From assembly GCF_036365525.1 (NCBI RefSeq), contig NC_090379.1, positions 85,354,109-85,418,108 of the forward strand: a stretch of 64,000 bases of DNA, given 5' to 3'. Position 1 is the stretch's first letter. Each line of letters opens with the position of its first letter. Source of the stretch: Heterodontus francisci (taxonomy: Eukaryota). The notes beneath the pieces are model-generated. The model did no database searches, was not told the origin of the DNA, and saw nothing but the letters and a program-made list of their open reading frames with translations. This document shows positions 23,640-36,934 of the stretch, piece by piece. Made by a program: the position numbers and the translations under genes.

Positions 23640-24489
23640 AAATTATACTGCCACAGTCAGTATCCAGCCACCAACAAGTAAGTTACACCATGCATATGTG
23701 TATATATGTATATTTAATTGGAATCGTGCAATTCCTTTTATGCAGCATGTGTGATCAACAACACCTTGTATAAATAGTTGGGTTTTTTTGCATATGTTGG
23801 AAGCAGAATTGAATAACCACCTAGATGGAACTAGTTTCTCTGTGGATAAAAAAAATGGAACAGTTTGGCAAGAATGAATGCTAGCTGTAACCACAGCAAA
23901 TTGCGCCACGAGCTTGTCCAGAATTTCCTGTGGTATGACTATTTCAAACAAAAGACATTAAAGTGGCACAGCTGACGTGCACCTCTTGCTGGTACTCAGT
24001 GTTCATAAGTATCTGGCTTGCCACAATGACAAACACTTCACTATGTGAAAGACAAACTCCAGTGCTAAAATTCTTTGTTACAAATCACTCAACAATGGAA
24101 TGCATACAATATATAATTAGAATACTGCAGAGGAAGTTGTTTATTTCATTTATGCAGAGACCCCTTCCTTTTTTCAGACAGTTTCTTTCCTTCTTTTCAT
24201 CGCCCATCCTTTCTTAAAAGTAGTAACTACTGTCAGGCACCTGTTGCCCAGCATGCAATCTTCAGCTGCAATCTTGACTGAGTGTCAGCAGGCTATTAAA
24301 CCCTTGGAAAAGAGGAGGACGGAGGCCATCCCAGGCCAGCTCAATACTGGCCTTATCAAATGTACAACACATGATCTTGCCAGCAGGGGGTGTTGGAGAA
24401 TGATCAGGAATGGAAACCCTGAGTGACTTTCCCTTCCCTGTCATCCATGGCTGGCCTCCAAGTCAAAAAGCTTACAGAATCAAATCCCA

Positions 24490-25960
24490 TGTCAGAGTCT
24501 TAAGCACATAATCTAGGCGTGAGATGTCAGTGCAGTGCTGAGGGAGTGCTGCAGTGTTGGAGGTGCTGTGCTTTGTATGAAGCATTAAACCAACGCCACT
24601 CTCAAAACATAAAAGATCCCATGGCACTATTTGAAGGAGAGCAGAGGAATTCTCCTTCTGGTGTTCTGGTCAATGTTTAACCCTCAACCAACATTAGTGA
24701 CAAAGAAAGATTATCTGGTAATTTATTTCATTGCTATTTAAAAAAGAACAAAGAACAAAGAAAATTACAGCACAGGAACAGGCCCTTCGGCCCTCCAAGC
24801 CTGCGCCAATCCAGATCCTCTATCTAAACATGTCGCCTATTTTCTAAAGGTCTGTATCTCTTTGCTTCCTGCTCATTCATGTATCTGTTTAGATACATCT
24901 TAAAAGATGCTATTGTGCCCGCGTCTACCACCTCCGCTGGCAACGCGTTCCAGGCACCCACCACCCTCTACGTAAAGAACTTTCCACGCATATCCCCCCT
25001 AAACTTTTCCCCTCTCACTTTGAACTCGTGACCCCTAGTAATTGAATCTCCCACTCTGGGAAAAAGCTTCTTGCTATCCACCCTGTCTATACCTCTCATG
25101 ATTTTGTACACCTCAATCAGGTCCCCCCTCAACCTCCGTCTTTCTAATGAAAATAATCCTAATCTACTCAACCTCTCTTCATAGCTAGCGCCCTCCATAC
25201 CAGGCAGCATCCTGGTGAACCTCCTCTGCACCCTCTCCAAAGCATCTACATCCTTTTGGTAATGTGGCGACCAGAACTGCACGCAGTATTCCAAATGTGG
25301 CCGAACCAAAGTCTTATACAACTGTAACATGACCTGCCAACCCTTGTACTCAATACCCCGTCCGATGAAGGAAAGCATGCCGCATGCCTTCTTGACCACT
25401 CTATTGACCTGCGTTGCCACCTTCAGGTAACAATGGACCTGAACACCCAAATCTCTCTGTACATCAATTTTCCCCAGGACTTTTCCATTTATTGTATAGT
25501 TCACTCTTAAATTGGATCTTCCAAAATGCATCACCTCGCATTTGCCCTAATTGAACTCCATCTGCCATTTCTCTGCCCAACCCTCCAATCTATCTATATT
25601 CTGCTGTATTCTCTGACAGTCCCCTTCACTATCTGCTACTCCACCAATCTTAGTATCGTCTGCAAACTTGCTAATCAGACCACCTATACTTTCCTCCAAA
25701 TCATTTATGTATATCACAAACAACAGTGGTCCCAGCACGGATCCCTGTGGAACACCACTGGTCACACGTCTCCATTTTGAGAAACTCCCTTCCACTGCTA
25801 CTCTCTGTCTCCTGTTGCCCAGCCAGTTCTTTATCCATCTAGCTATTTGTGGGAGTTTACTCTGCTTCCTATATTATACTACATTTCAAAGGTATTAATT
25901 AGCTATAAAGCAGTTTGGGACATCCTGATGTCATGAAAGGTGCAATATAAATGCTAGTCT
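24490..25960 (+). mobile_element. SINE split by a CR1 insertion
   Basis: SINE body 24490-24739 resumes at ~25842 (GCTATTTGTGGGAG...ATATAAATGCTAGTCT). Confidence 0.65.
24740..25841 (-). mobile_element. Young 5'-truncated CR1 LINE
   Basis: ORFs 25547-25795 (GVPQGSVLGP, FADDTK) and 24968-25534 (LVRPHLEYCVQFWSP). (TTCTTTG)n 3' tail. Flanked by direct repeat GCTATTT. Confidence 0.93.
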
Positions 25961-28934
25961 CTTTTTTACTTTCTCCTTAACTCAGAGGCATTGGGGTAAT
26001 TTCCCTATTGCCACTCTGAGCAGGTTGGCTAATTAATCACTACCAACAATTGAATCTGGGGCCTTCTGATCTGGATAGCAGGCTGGTCAATAACACGCAT
26101 CACAAAACAATGCAACATGGGCTCTTTTTACTCCACACTTAGGAAATTTATAATTATAGCCATGCCATTCAGGATAAATGGTGAAGGAAAGGAAAGCACC
26201 CGCCAGAAAGGAAGTAGGAAGATGAGAAGAGTTAAGGTGAGTCAACATATGGGAAACTGACACTCATTCTGCTACAAAGGAAGCAGAGGAAGAGGCCTCT
26301 ATTACCTGACCACTCTCTACATCACAGAATGTTCTACACATGTAACCAGAAGGAATTAAGAAAAGGAGGGAAATTCTCAAAAAAATGTTAGTGGTGGGGG
26401 AGATTAGTAATGATTTTACAAGGATAAAAATAATATCATTTTGGAGCATAACTCCCTCCTGAAATAAAGTGATTAAGTTTAGGGATTAAGTTGTGCAGTG
26501 GGTTGGAATTCTATGGGTACATGTTGAGGGTCTGCCTAGGGAACTTTTCACATTCAATGGTAGTAGTCACCCAAAGAGGCACCGTGCCTCCTACATGCCA
26601 TAGTAGCCTCATATCGCCCAATATCTAACAATATGCTAGCATAACCCAGGGCGCAGAAATTTTAGCCCTTTGTGATAGGAACCAGATATTTGTATGCTTT
26701 GCACATGCCCCCATGTGTCTCTCCAATCTTTTTGAAGGCAGATCAAGAATCACCAAGTAAGATGTGGCCTGATACAAATTGCTAAGTTATTTTATTTCAC
26801 AGCAAGTGAACAAAAAGAGTAACTGTTATGATCAGACTCATTTAATTCAATCAGTACTATTTTATCTCTGCATGATAATACAGATGTAATGAATATACTG
26901 CACTTCCCATATCACTGGATTGCCTTGCTTGATTTAAACAGAGTTAACCCCAAACTATCTTCCTGCGTTCCCCTTCCAAACTTATCCAACCCTCACTACC
27001 AGTGTTTTCTGACACAACCTGTCATTTTTAAAATGATGGTGTGTTCGCACCCGAGGCGTCGAGGGGCCGGTAAGATTCCGCCCGACATTCTCCGAACTGT
27101 GTTGGCTAAACGCACTAGGTAAGCTTAGATTCAACATTGGATCCACAGCACAAAACTCTTTGCAACTTAGTGCAAGTTAATAATAGGCAGTGCCTCTCAG
27201 GAAAGACAGAAGGATGGCTGGTGTGGAATATGTAAAAGATCACATTGATCACATTCATAGCCACATATGAGATGGTCTTCTGAGACAGGGCTGTTGAGCT
27301 GCATAGAACAAGCATTACATTACATTTAGTCTACATAAGGGCCTAGTTGCTGTGTATAGATTAAAGCTAGGTGCTAAATGTACAATATGTTTCATTCTCT
27401 AGCACTGATATCCTTCACTTTCATGAGCACAAAAGTTTAACTTGATAGTGATTAAAGTAAGCATATATTTATGATACACCCAGAAAACACTTGACCATTG
27501 TAACTTTGTAAAATCAAAGTGAAAATGAAATAACAGCAATCTTTCTCCGATTCTTTTTACTCTTGAGGGCATTTTTTTGCTCAAAACAAAGCAATTTGTG
27601 TTGTTACCATCAAGTTCTTTGTTGAGTGACAACAGATGTTATGTCGATCGCAATCCTGAAGGTTTAAACTGAATTCTCTTTAAGTTATAAATCATTTGCA
27701 TTTGGAGATGTTATCAATGTCAAGGTGTTTTAGCAATGCTTTTCTACAGAATAAGATTTCAACATTTGTTCACATTTCTTGCAAGGCACAATTTTTACTC
27801 ATGCTGTTTAACTGTTAGACTACAGTAATTGTTTTTCCTGCAGAATTGCGGTGCTGTCCAATGCAAAATCCAAAGACTTTGGTAATCAAAAGAAATAGGG
27901 ACATGCATATAATTATAAGTAGTCAAACCTGGGGTTCTTGTGACATATTTGATCAGTAGTAGTGTCTGTGGTAAATCTGTACTCTTCCAAATTTCTTCAT
28001 TCCTTTCACTTCCATGCTTTGTTTAAAGGTTCTGTGACTAAATATGTTGACCCTGGTCTGCTTACATACTAACTGTTATTATGGTCATTTAGCCCTTGTA
28101 TGAAGTTTGTTCTTCGACTCCTAAGTAATCAATTCATAATTTATATATATTAATGTTAAACGCATTTGACAAATTGAATGAAAAAAATTTATTAATAAAA
28201 TGTTGGTATTACATATATTCACCGGGTTTATAAATGTTTGTACAATTATTGTATTGACTAAACCAATTATTTTTCATAATTATTTCATACTTTTGCCAAT
28301 AAAGTGGAGTTTGTCAATCCTCTTAGTTCATAGCCATGTGTGCACAGTCTAAGAATAAATTTGTGTTCCCAACTCATGCATTTGATCATTTAGATTAGAA
28401 GAGGTTAAAGGGCAATTTTATTGCTTTACTTTAGCTTTGTTGATGTATAATTCCACAATGATTGATATTTCAACCAAATTGCCAATCTTCATATGTAATC
28501 CTGAACAGAGAGTCTCACCAGGCTACACAAATGTGTAGCTGGGCATATGTACGTATTAGCCTCACTTATCTTCACCCAGTATCCACTTCCAACAGGGATG
28601 CTGTTAACAATTAGCAGCAGAATCCTACATAGTTTATCCCTCATTGACCAGCTTGGGAATGTACTGAAACTAATTCTATGCTTCCATTGCATATGAGGGT
28701 TAGATGCCACCAAAAGTGTTCTGAGCTGATAAGTCCAGCATAACCTGTTTGAGATGCCCAGTTGAGCAGCAGAGTGGGCATTGCAATCAGCTATTGTACA
28801 TTTTGTGTACAAACCACAATTTAATTTTACCACCATAGAATCTTACAGCACAGAAACTGGCTACTCAGCCCATCCAGCCTGTACCAATGTTTTTATCCAC
28901 ATTGATCACCTACCCTAAGTCCACTCTCCTGCTT

Positions 28935-29345
28935 GTAATTTGGAGAGGAAAGGGAGGTTGGAGATGGAGTGATAGTGTGCCAGGACATAGGGTTGATGAT
29001 TTTCTTTTGAGGAATGGTTGAAAGGGAGGGTGCACAGTTCCTGAGAAGAGGAAGCCATTTACATTTCAGATAGCATGGGGTCCAATAATTGAAGTTGGGT
29101 GATCAGTAGTTTAGTGAGAATGGAGTCAAAGGAGCTGGTGGTGGATGAAATGAGCTTGGAGAAAACATGGAGGAAGAATGGAGAGAAATTGGAGAGTGAA
29201 GGGGGTTCAAATCTAGGGCAGGGGAGGGCCTGGAGGTGTGTTTGACTTGGTGGGCATGAAGATGGAGGGAGAGGAAGCAGAAAAAGCAGCTGAACAAATG
29301 GTTTCAGTATGAGTGACAAAGAAGTCCATAAGCTCCTCGCACATT
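28935..29345 (-). mobile_element. Decayed LINE-2-like fragment
   Basis: GAGGAAAGGGAGGTTGGAGATGG...GAGGAAGCCATTTACATTTCAGATAGCATGGGG...GGAATGGAGTCAAAGGAGC pattern typical of L2 ORF2 remnants. Confidence 0.5.
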
Positions 29346-30467
29346 GTCAGTACAGTGGGGGGTGTCATGTAACATTAGTTCCTCTTCACTGTACTTAATG
29401 AGTTATATAACATAATCATCACAGCACCACTTTTAAGTGTAAAGCAATAGACTGGGTGCCACGGTGTGCTTTGAATTGATGAACAGTAAATGTTGTTCCA
29501 TTGCAGGATAGTGATATTAGTAGTATTTCCATTTGAGTGAAGATTTGGATGATGAAACAGATAATTTTGTACTCCTTGATCAACTCATGAAACATACATT
29601 TATTATAGCCATAGTAATTATTTTTGAAGAAACTTAAACAATTAGATTTTTAATTTGAACTCAACTCTTCATTAATATTTCTGTGTTTGATGAAAGAATG
29701 CTTGCTTATCAAAAATATTAATTAATATAAGAGTGACAGGTTGTACAACCGAGGAGAATCCATTTCTGAAAATAGGGCAAAAGAACCTTGTAAGAGCAAA
29801 TAGCCCTTTTCGTAGCAGCTCAGGTTTGCTCATTTTAGTTTGCTTTATCTATAACTGTTGTGATCAGTGGGCTTCAGAATCAGTTTTTTCATTTGGGTTC
29901 CCCAATTTTTAATGTTTTTTGTGCTGGTGAATTTTATGTTCATTTTCAACCCAGCATTGACATCACATACTCTCTGTTCATTTGGAAATAAAATTCACTC
30001 TGCTCAACAATATGCCTTAACCCCAAAGTCAATCTGAACACGCTCCTCTTGACATTTCAGTTTTGGACATTAGACAGCCTTGTGGCCTCTTTGAACAACA
30101 CTGCCAATTTAATTTAATTTCAGGCCCTTACAGCCATCATACAGAGATTTCCGTCCCTCCATCTGAGTTGGATTTAAATCAAATTTCCAAAAATGAAATG
30201 ACTGTGTTCAAATCCACTGAATCACTCAATCTCAATCATGTCTTGAATAGGATTTAACAATTTTTTTCCATAAAAAGTAGTTCATACATGCAGTACCATG
30301 TGGTGTAACAAATACATTCTCTGCTCAACTACACAAGATGTATTTTTGTTATCATCCTTGTAGCAAATAATATCTGAATATTCTTAAATGCAAGATTTAC
30401 TTAAGGGAAATATGGCACTTTAAAATATGAACTGAATTGATCTGCATTTCTGCTTTGTGTGCCACAA

Positions 30468-32383
30468 TTATAATTCATCATGTGGGCTATTGCTACAGTT
30501 GACTAGCTTGCTATTAGGTTTTACCATCATCCATGCATACTTGCACAGGTTATCTTTATTACAATCATTCTGCCAGTACACAACATTTCTTCTGTTCAGG
30601 TTGGCTCCAGCACAGGCATTGTACCACCATCCTCCACCTGGTATCCCATGGAGCTCTAGTTTAGCACAGTTCTGAAAATAGTTGTCATTATCACGATCTT
30701 TTGTAGTGAATTCTTGGTTGTCATGATTGTAAGTTTCTGTATCTTGTGTCAGAGCATCAGTTGCTGTACCTTGATAAAGACCAAGTCTGATTTTGTATCT
30801 GGATTCTTCACCTTCAATGCGGAATGGGTCATATTCTCCCCATTTCATTTCTCCATTCATATCAATTAGCTTTATTCCCAACTTGTAAGGACTTGGCTTG
30901 CTAGTAAGTCTGTGCATGAACTCGTTGCCCAGCCAATGATCACCATTAACCAAACCAAATCCTTGCTTGTAGTCCTGCCAAGTTCTGTCAAAGTCCAAGG
31001 AGCTATTAGCGGTGATATGCTGGATCACTGTCCAGCCACCTTCTGCACTCTGCATGTCACAATAGACAACGATAAGATCCTTCATTAGTCGAATGACATA
31101 AAGGCCATCTTTAGCCTTACCTTCTGACTGTTGAAAGATCTCATAACAGTCATTCTGAAAACCTGCACAACACATAGGCAACAATTAAAATAACATTACA
31201 ACCATCTTAGGGATTTCACTTTTTTGCATCTCTTGCAAGAACTCATTGGAAGTAAGACATTATGTGCTGTATCAGAATTGAGTTTATTGTGCAACATAAC
31301 GTCTGGCAAATAATTCACATATACACAGTACTTTATTTTTCTGTCAGCTAAATGTCATAGGCTTATTTCAGTGATAAAATAACATGTTAATAAAAGCCTG
31401 AACTGGTATTTCAGTAGTAGCACTGTATGTTGAATATACTTTACTGTGGTAAGAATGACAAAAATGATATAATGGCAGAATTTTACAATTGGCTGGAGGT
31501 CCCGCCCACTGGCCAAAAAGTCGGGGGCGAGCCTGCCTCCACCAGGCCTGGAAGCCATGCTATGCTATTACGTGGCCCAGGCCTTAATTGGCCTCGGGTG
31601 GAACCTCTGCCCTCTGAGGCAGGAAGTCCCGCCTCCAAGAGCTGCTTCCCAATCAGCAGCCCTGCATCTCTCAGTCCCAGCAGCGCCACCGGGAGTGGTG
31701 GCCACTGCTGGGACTGCACCCAGCCAGCACAAAGGTATGGTGCCTTATCAGGGACAATCGGCCGGGCCCTGGCAAGGCAAGGGGTGGGGTGGGGGGGTCG
31801 ATTGGTAGGGGTGGAAAATGTAGTGCAGTGGGGGTGCCCGATCAGGAGGGCCACAAACCCCCCAGCCTGCAATGAGGCCGCCAGGTTTTACTGAGCAGCA
31901 TCCTGGAGGTCCAGAGCCACCCGCCCGCCGCTGGTAATATACCAGTGACAGCGGTGGCAAGAGGCCTTTAAGTGGCAGTTAATTGGCCACTTAAGGACCT
32001 TAATTGACCTGGGGCAGGCGAGCTGTTTTTTGCCGCTGCCGCCGCTCGTAAAATTGCAGCGGGAGCGGGAAGGTGATGGGAACAGCACCACCCCCTGCCT
32101 CCCATTCCTTGCTGTCTCCAGCCTGCTCCTGTGGGGGCATAAAATTCCGGCCAATGATCAATGCTCCAATTGTCATTATTAACTCACAAAGATATGCACA
32201 CTACACTGAATTGGAAGTTAATTCAAACTTACCACCTTCTTGTTTCATATTGATGATATGAACATAATCCTTTGAAGATAGGAGATGTGCATTTTCCAGT
32301 ACGACTGGTAGTTCAGCACTTGCCAAAATGTTGCACTTCAGCGATGTAAGCAGAATAAAGGTGAAAAAGCCCCGGAAATTCAT
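30468..32383 (-). CDS. Secreted fibrinogen C-terminal domain (FReD) protein, fibrinogen-like protein 1-like; join(32233..32383, 30468..31162), 281 aa
   Basis: Exon A: signal peptide MNFRGFFTFILLTSLKCNILA...KQEG, 151 nt, phase-1 donor G|GTAAGT. Exon B after TGTGCAG: DCYEI...VYCDMQSAEGGWTVIQ...FDRTWQDYKQGFG...HWLGNE...FTTKDRDND...GGGWWYNACAGANLN. Phases match and total length is 846 nt. Upstream acceptor at 32420 implies a non-coding first exon. Confidence 0.9.
31474..32152. mobile_element. Harbinger-like MITE in the intron of the FReD gene
   Basis: Imperfect TIRs GGCAGAATTTTA / TAAAATTCCGGCC; AAT on both flanks (possible 3-bp TSD); related to 1520-2108. Confidence 0.75.
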
Positions 32384-33636
32384 TACAACTGTTTGTTCAA
32401 ATCCGTCAGGAAAATTAAACTACAGAAATAATTCAGAAGTGCTATGTCAAAAACACTACTCATAGGTGAATTAAAGGCTTTCCTATTCATGTTGTTTTTT
32501 TCCCCCAAGCTAAATTTTCACCTGAAGTTAGAGCAGTCTGACAGCCCCGGTGCTAACAGCTTTGGCTTCACCACCAGATGGTTACAAGTAGAGTCGAGGA
32601 ACTACCTGTCTGTCCAATTTGACTACTAGAGTTCTGATGATTTTCTTCAATTCTGGCTAGAATTCCTATGTGGAATGCTTTACAGAGCACCATACAATCT
32701 TGGGAGAACAAGGAACAATTGATATCTTGCCTTGATACAGCAAAAGAAAAATGCCATTAACTGGTAATGAACATTTTCTGGTATTGATGAAGAGAAATTA
32801 GCAACGATTGTAGCTAAATCAACAGTGTGAACCAATTTACCCATTTGGCAGAAGTAGGCAAGAGGTAAAAACAACTATAAACAATAATGCATAGTTATTC
32901 ACTTTTTTTATTCTGAGCTTTCAACTGGTACACACTGAAGTAATTGATTAATTGCAGTTAAACAAAACTAATTACAGAGCAATATATACTTAACCATCTC
33001 AGATACAAATATTTTATAGATCACACTCCTGCTGGTAATTACGTTCTCTGTCTAAATGATTAAAGCATTAAGTAGGACACAGATTATCATCAAGACCACC
33101 TCTTTACACTGGCCTTTCAATTTCAGCTCTAACAAAACAAAATTCCCAATGGAAACCTCTACTAATGCACTGCAGCTTGTACCTTACCTTCCAAAATTAA
33201 GTAAATCCAATTGGTATAATATCAACAAATCTCAGGTTGACAGAAAGAACATTTGTGAAGCAACACAACAGTACCTGCAGTTCATGTGCTATCTCTCTGT
33301 ACTTTGGCAGATGCTGACATTTCAGTCCAATGTGCAATTAGTTCTCAATTCCCAATGTGCTATCAGTTACCCAATTCCAACACGACAAGTTTGTAGGATT
33401 TCAACAAATGTTCTTATCTTTACACTTTGAACCATATTTAAGAAATAACTAGCATTTATATAATGCCTTTCATAACCTCAGAACTTCCCAAAGCACTTTG
33501 CAGCCAATGAAGTAGTATTGAAGTGTAGTTACTGCTGTATGTAGGGAAACATGGCAGTCAATTTGCAAACAGTAAGGTCCTACAGAAAGCATTGTGATAA
33601 TGGACAGATAATCTATTATTTGGTGATGTTGGTTAA

Positions 33637-34446
33637 CATAGAAACAGAGAAAATAAGAGCAGGAGTAGGCCATTCAGCCCTTCGAGCCTGCTCCGCCATT
33701 CATTATGATCATGGCTGATCATCCAACTCGGTAACCTGTTCCCGCTTTCTCCCCATACCCTTTGATCCCTTTAGACCCAAGAGCTATATCTAATTCCTTC
33801 TTGAAAACATACAATGTTTTGGCCTCAACTGTTTTGAGTGAATTCCACAGGCTCACCACTCTCTGGGTGAAGAAATTTCTCCTCATCTCAGTCCTGAAAG
33901 GTTTACCCCATATCCTTAGCCCCTGGTTCTGGACTCCCCACCATCGGGAATATCCTTCCTGCATTTACCCTTGTCAAGTCCTGTTAGAATTTTGTAGGTT
34001 TCTATGAGATCCTCACTCACTCTTCTGAACTCCAGCGAAGACTCAATCTCTCCTCATACGTCAGTCCCGCCATCCCAGGAATCAGTCTGGTAAACCTTCG
34101 CTGCACTCCCTCTATAGCAAGAACATCCTTCCTCAGATAAGGAGACCAAAACTGCACACAATATTCCAGGTGTGGCCTCACCAAGGCCCTGTATAATTGC
34201 AGCAAGACATCCCTGCTCCTGTACTCGAATCCTCTCGCTATGAAGGCCAACATACCATTTGCCATTTTTACCGCCTGTTGCAACTACTTGCTTACCTTCA
34301 GCGACTGGTGTACAAGAACACCCAGGTCTCGCTGCATTATCCCCTCTCTCAGTTTATAGCCGTTCAGATAATAATCTGCCTTCTTGTTTTTGCTACCAAA
34401 GTGGATAACCTCAGATTAATCCACATTATACTGCATCTGCCATGCA
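33637..34446 (-). mobile_element. CR1 LINE 3' fragment nested in a SINE (SINE ~33445-34640)
   Basis: ORFs 34017-34283 (LVRPHLEYCVQFWSPYLRKD) and 33719-33964 (FFTQRVVSLWNSL). SINE sequence GGTGATGTTGGTT resumes as AGGGATAAATATT after the insert. Confidence 0.88.
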
Positions 34447-34644
34447 TTAGGGATAAATATTAGCTAGGATGCCAGGGAGAATTTCCCTGCTTATCTTTGA
34501 ATAGTGCAGTGGGATCCTTTATATCGACCTGTGAGGACAGACAGAGCCTTGGTTTAATGTCCCACCCAAAAAACAACACTCCTGACACTGCAGTGCTCCC
34601 TTACTACTGCACTACAGTGTCAATCTGAATTTTGTACTTATTCT

Positions 34645-34840
34645 TCTTCCCACCCTCCCCACTTTCACTGGCTCAAAACCTATTACATTTCTAACTTCTT
34701 CCAGTTCTGATGAAAGGTCACAGACCTGAAACATTAATTCTGTTGCTCGCTCCACAGATGCTGCCAGACCTACTGAGTATTTCTAGCATATCCTGTCTTT
34801 AGTTCAGATTTCTAGCATCTGAAGTATTTTGCTTTTGCTT
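34645..34840 (+). mobile_element. Penelope terminal-repeat fragment with hammerhead motif
   Basis: Same sequence family as 39707-39850 and 42460-42615; CTGATGA...GAAA core at 34707-34731. Confidence 0.7.
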
Positions 34841-36934
34841 TGTGCTCGAGTATCTGGAGTGGGTCTTGAGCCCACAATCTTCTGACTCAGAGGCAAGAGT
34901 GAACCAAAGCTAACTCATTTACATTTAGCAGACTATTATTGGTCATCATCTGCAAAGGGTCAAAATATATATTTTCAATCTTGTCATCATGTAACATTGA
35001 AAAGAATAATCACTGTCAAGGATAATAAAGTACTAATTTCATATGTAAAATACCAATTGTATTTTCTCAAACAGTTGAAGCCCTGATCAATATCCCTTAA
35101 TGCTAGATCCAGCTACATATGTGAATATGCAATGAATGACTGACTTACTACTTAAATTGCTTAGAAAAAAGTCAAGAGTGTTTAAAACATATAGCCTACT
35201 GATGAATTTTTTAAAAATTGTCAATATTCAGCCATTAGCTATTATGGGCATATTTAGTACATAGTAGCCAATCTCTCATGGAGTTGCAAATAGAAAGGCA
35301 AGACCAAGTGCAGTATTCAGATCTAGCGGGTGCATAAGTTGGTAGGATGAGTGGACCTGGGTGGGAGAGGATGTATGGGATGGGGGAGAAAGACATTTGG
35401 AAAGGTGGACAGGGGATGTTAGAAGAATTGGAAAAGGAGGAAGTGGGAATGGGGAACAAAGGCAGTAAAATTAGCTCAGTAGCAGGATGGGTGCAGGGTC
35501 ATTAACACTCACAGTTGGAAGGCAATGGTGATGGTGAGCTGGTCTGCCCTCCCGCAAAGCTGGATTTTCTCAGTAATGAGGATGTTGGTGTTGGTCCCAG
35601 CTCAACTTTACCTGGAAATTTCCTTTTGATGGGGTTGATTTGCAGTTCCATTATATTGGCTCACATTTCTTGATGAATAATGCAGGACTTCACTTTCCAC
35701 TTAGTGGAAGGAGGGAGCCTTGTGCTTCAGCATCTTCAGGATGGACTTGCTGCTCTTTTTGGGCAGAGTTATTTGAAGTAGAGTTTGATTTTGCTGTTGG
35801 CTGGGGAAGTGGTGAGGATTCTTGTCACCTGGGCCGACTTTGGTACTTGGGGGGAGGTGCGTATACCCATTCATGAATATTTTACTGTTGGGGAGAGGGA
35901 GGTGTAATTAATAGATGGGATTTTGATGTTCAGTGGATGCGGTAGGAAGGATATAAATGGACAAAGGTGAGAGGAAAAAGTTAAAAAGTTTCATGGGTGG
36001 GATTTTCAGGCACTGAAATCACTTCAGGGAGGAGTTGTGGGACTCCCTAATCTATGTGGGATTTTCAAGGGTGCAGTTTGAATCTCGCTGTAAGACTAAG
36101 TACCCACCATATTTAGAGTTAGGGGTTCAACATTGCTTACTTCTTATTAGATGTGTTTCTCCTACCGAGGTCAGTGTGCAATAAGGGTGTGTTTTAGTAC
36201 AACACAGTACTATTAGGTTTATATGCACAATAAAAATAGCACACCTTTCACAATAAAGTATTATGGGATAGAATCTGGAGCTAGAGATTATGCTTTGGCG
36301 TGCATCATCTGGCTGGATCTTGCAGTGAGCGGTGAACCAATGGTGACAGTTGTCCATTGCACTTCCACTTGCCTGTATACTTAATATGAGTTCTTGCATT
36401 AGAAGTTCCTGTCAGCCAACCATCAAAAAAACACATGACCCTCTACAGGGAATCCAGGACTAATGTGAACAAGGTAACTAACTATGTATCCCCATAAACA
36501 ATCAGATTGAAGAATCGTTCATGAGCAGCACAGTGTCTGACTGAACCAGGCAATATCAGTTAGTATATTTAATTCAATGTCAAATCAGGCAGATAAAGTG
36601 AAATAAAGACTGGAAAAGAAAGATTGGATTAAGAGAGGGAGAAAGATAAAATAAACAGAAGGAAAAAGTAAAAAACGTTTTGTCTTGATTTTTAAAAAAC
36701 ATCTCCAACAGTAATTAAAATTGGAAGGAATGAGACTCTAGACTTGTAGAAGTCAATTTTCAGTGCCAGAGAGGTTATTTGGCAGTAATTAGGACTGTTA
36801 AAAGGATCACTGGAATGGAGAAGCCCTCACTTTTTCTGGTAAGTTTAGTGCATATACATCAGGTAATTAGAGCAACTTCATGCCAATCCATGTATTTTAA
36901 TGCTGAGTTTCTCAGTGAGATACAATTATTGAAT

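Noticed and set aside
31163-31184. ORF-track start MLPMCCA for the fibrinogen-domain protein
   Set aside because: Intronic acceptor sequence; the signal-peptide exon is 32233-32383.
35611-35886. Candidate minus-strand coding exon bounded by AG and GTAAAG
   Set aside because: The frames I translated contain stops and no recognisable domain; not needed for the FReD gene model.
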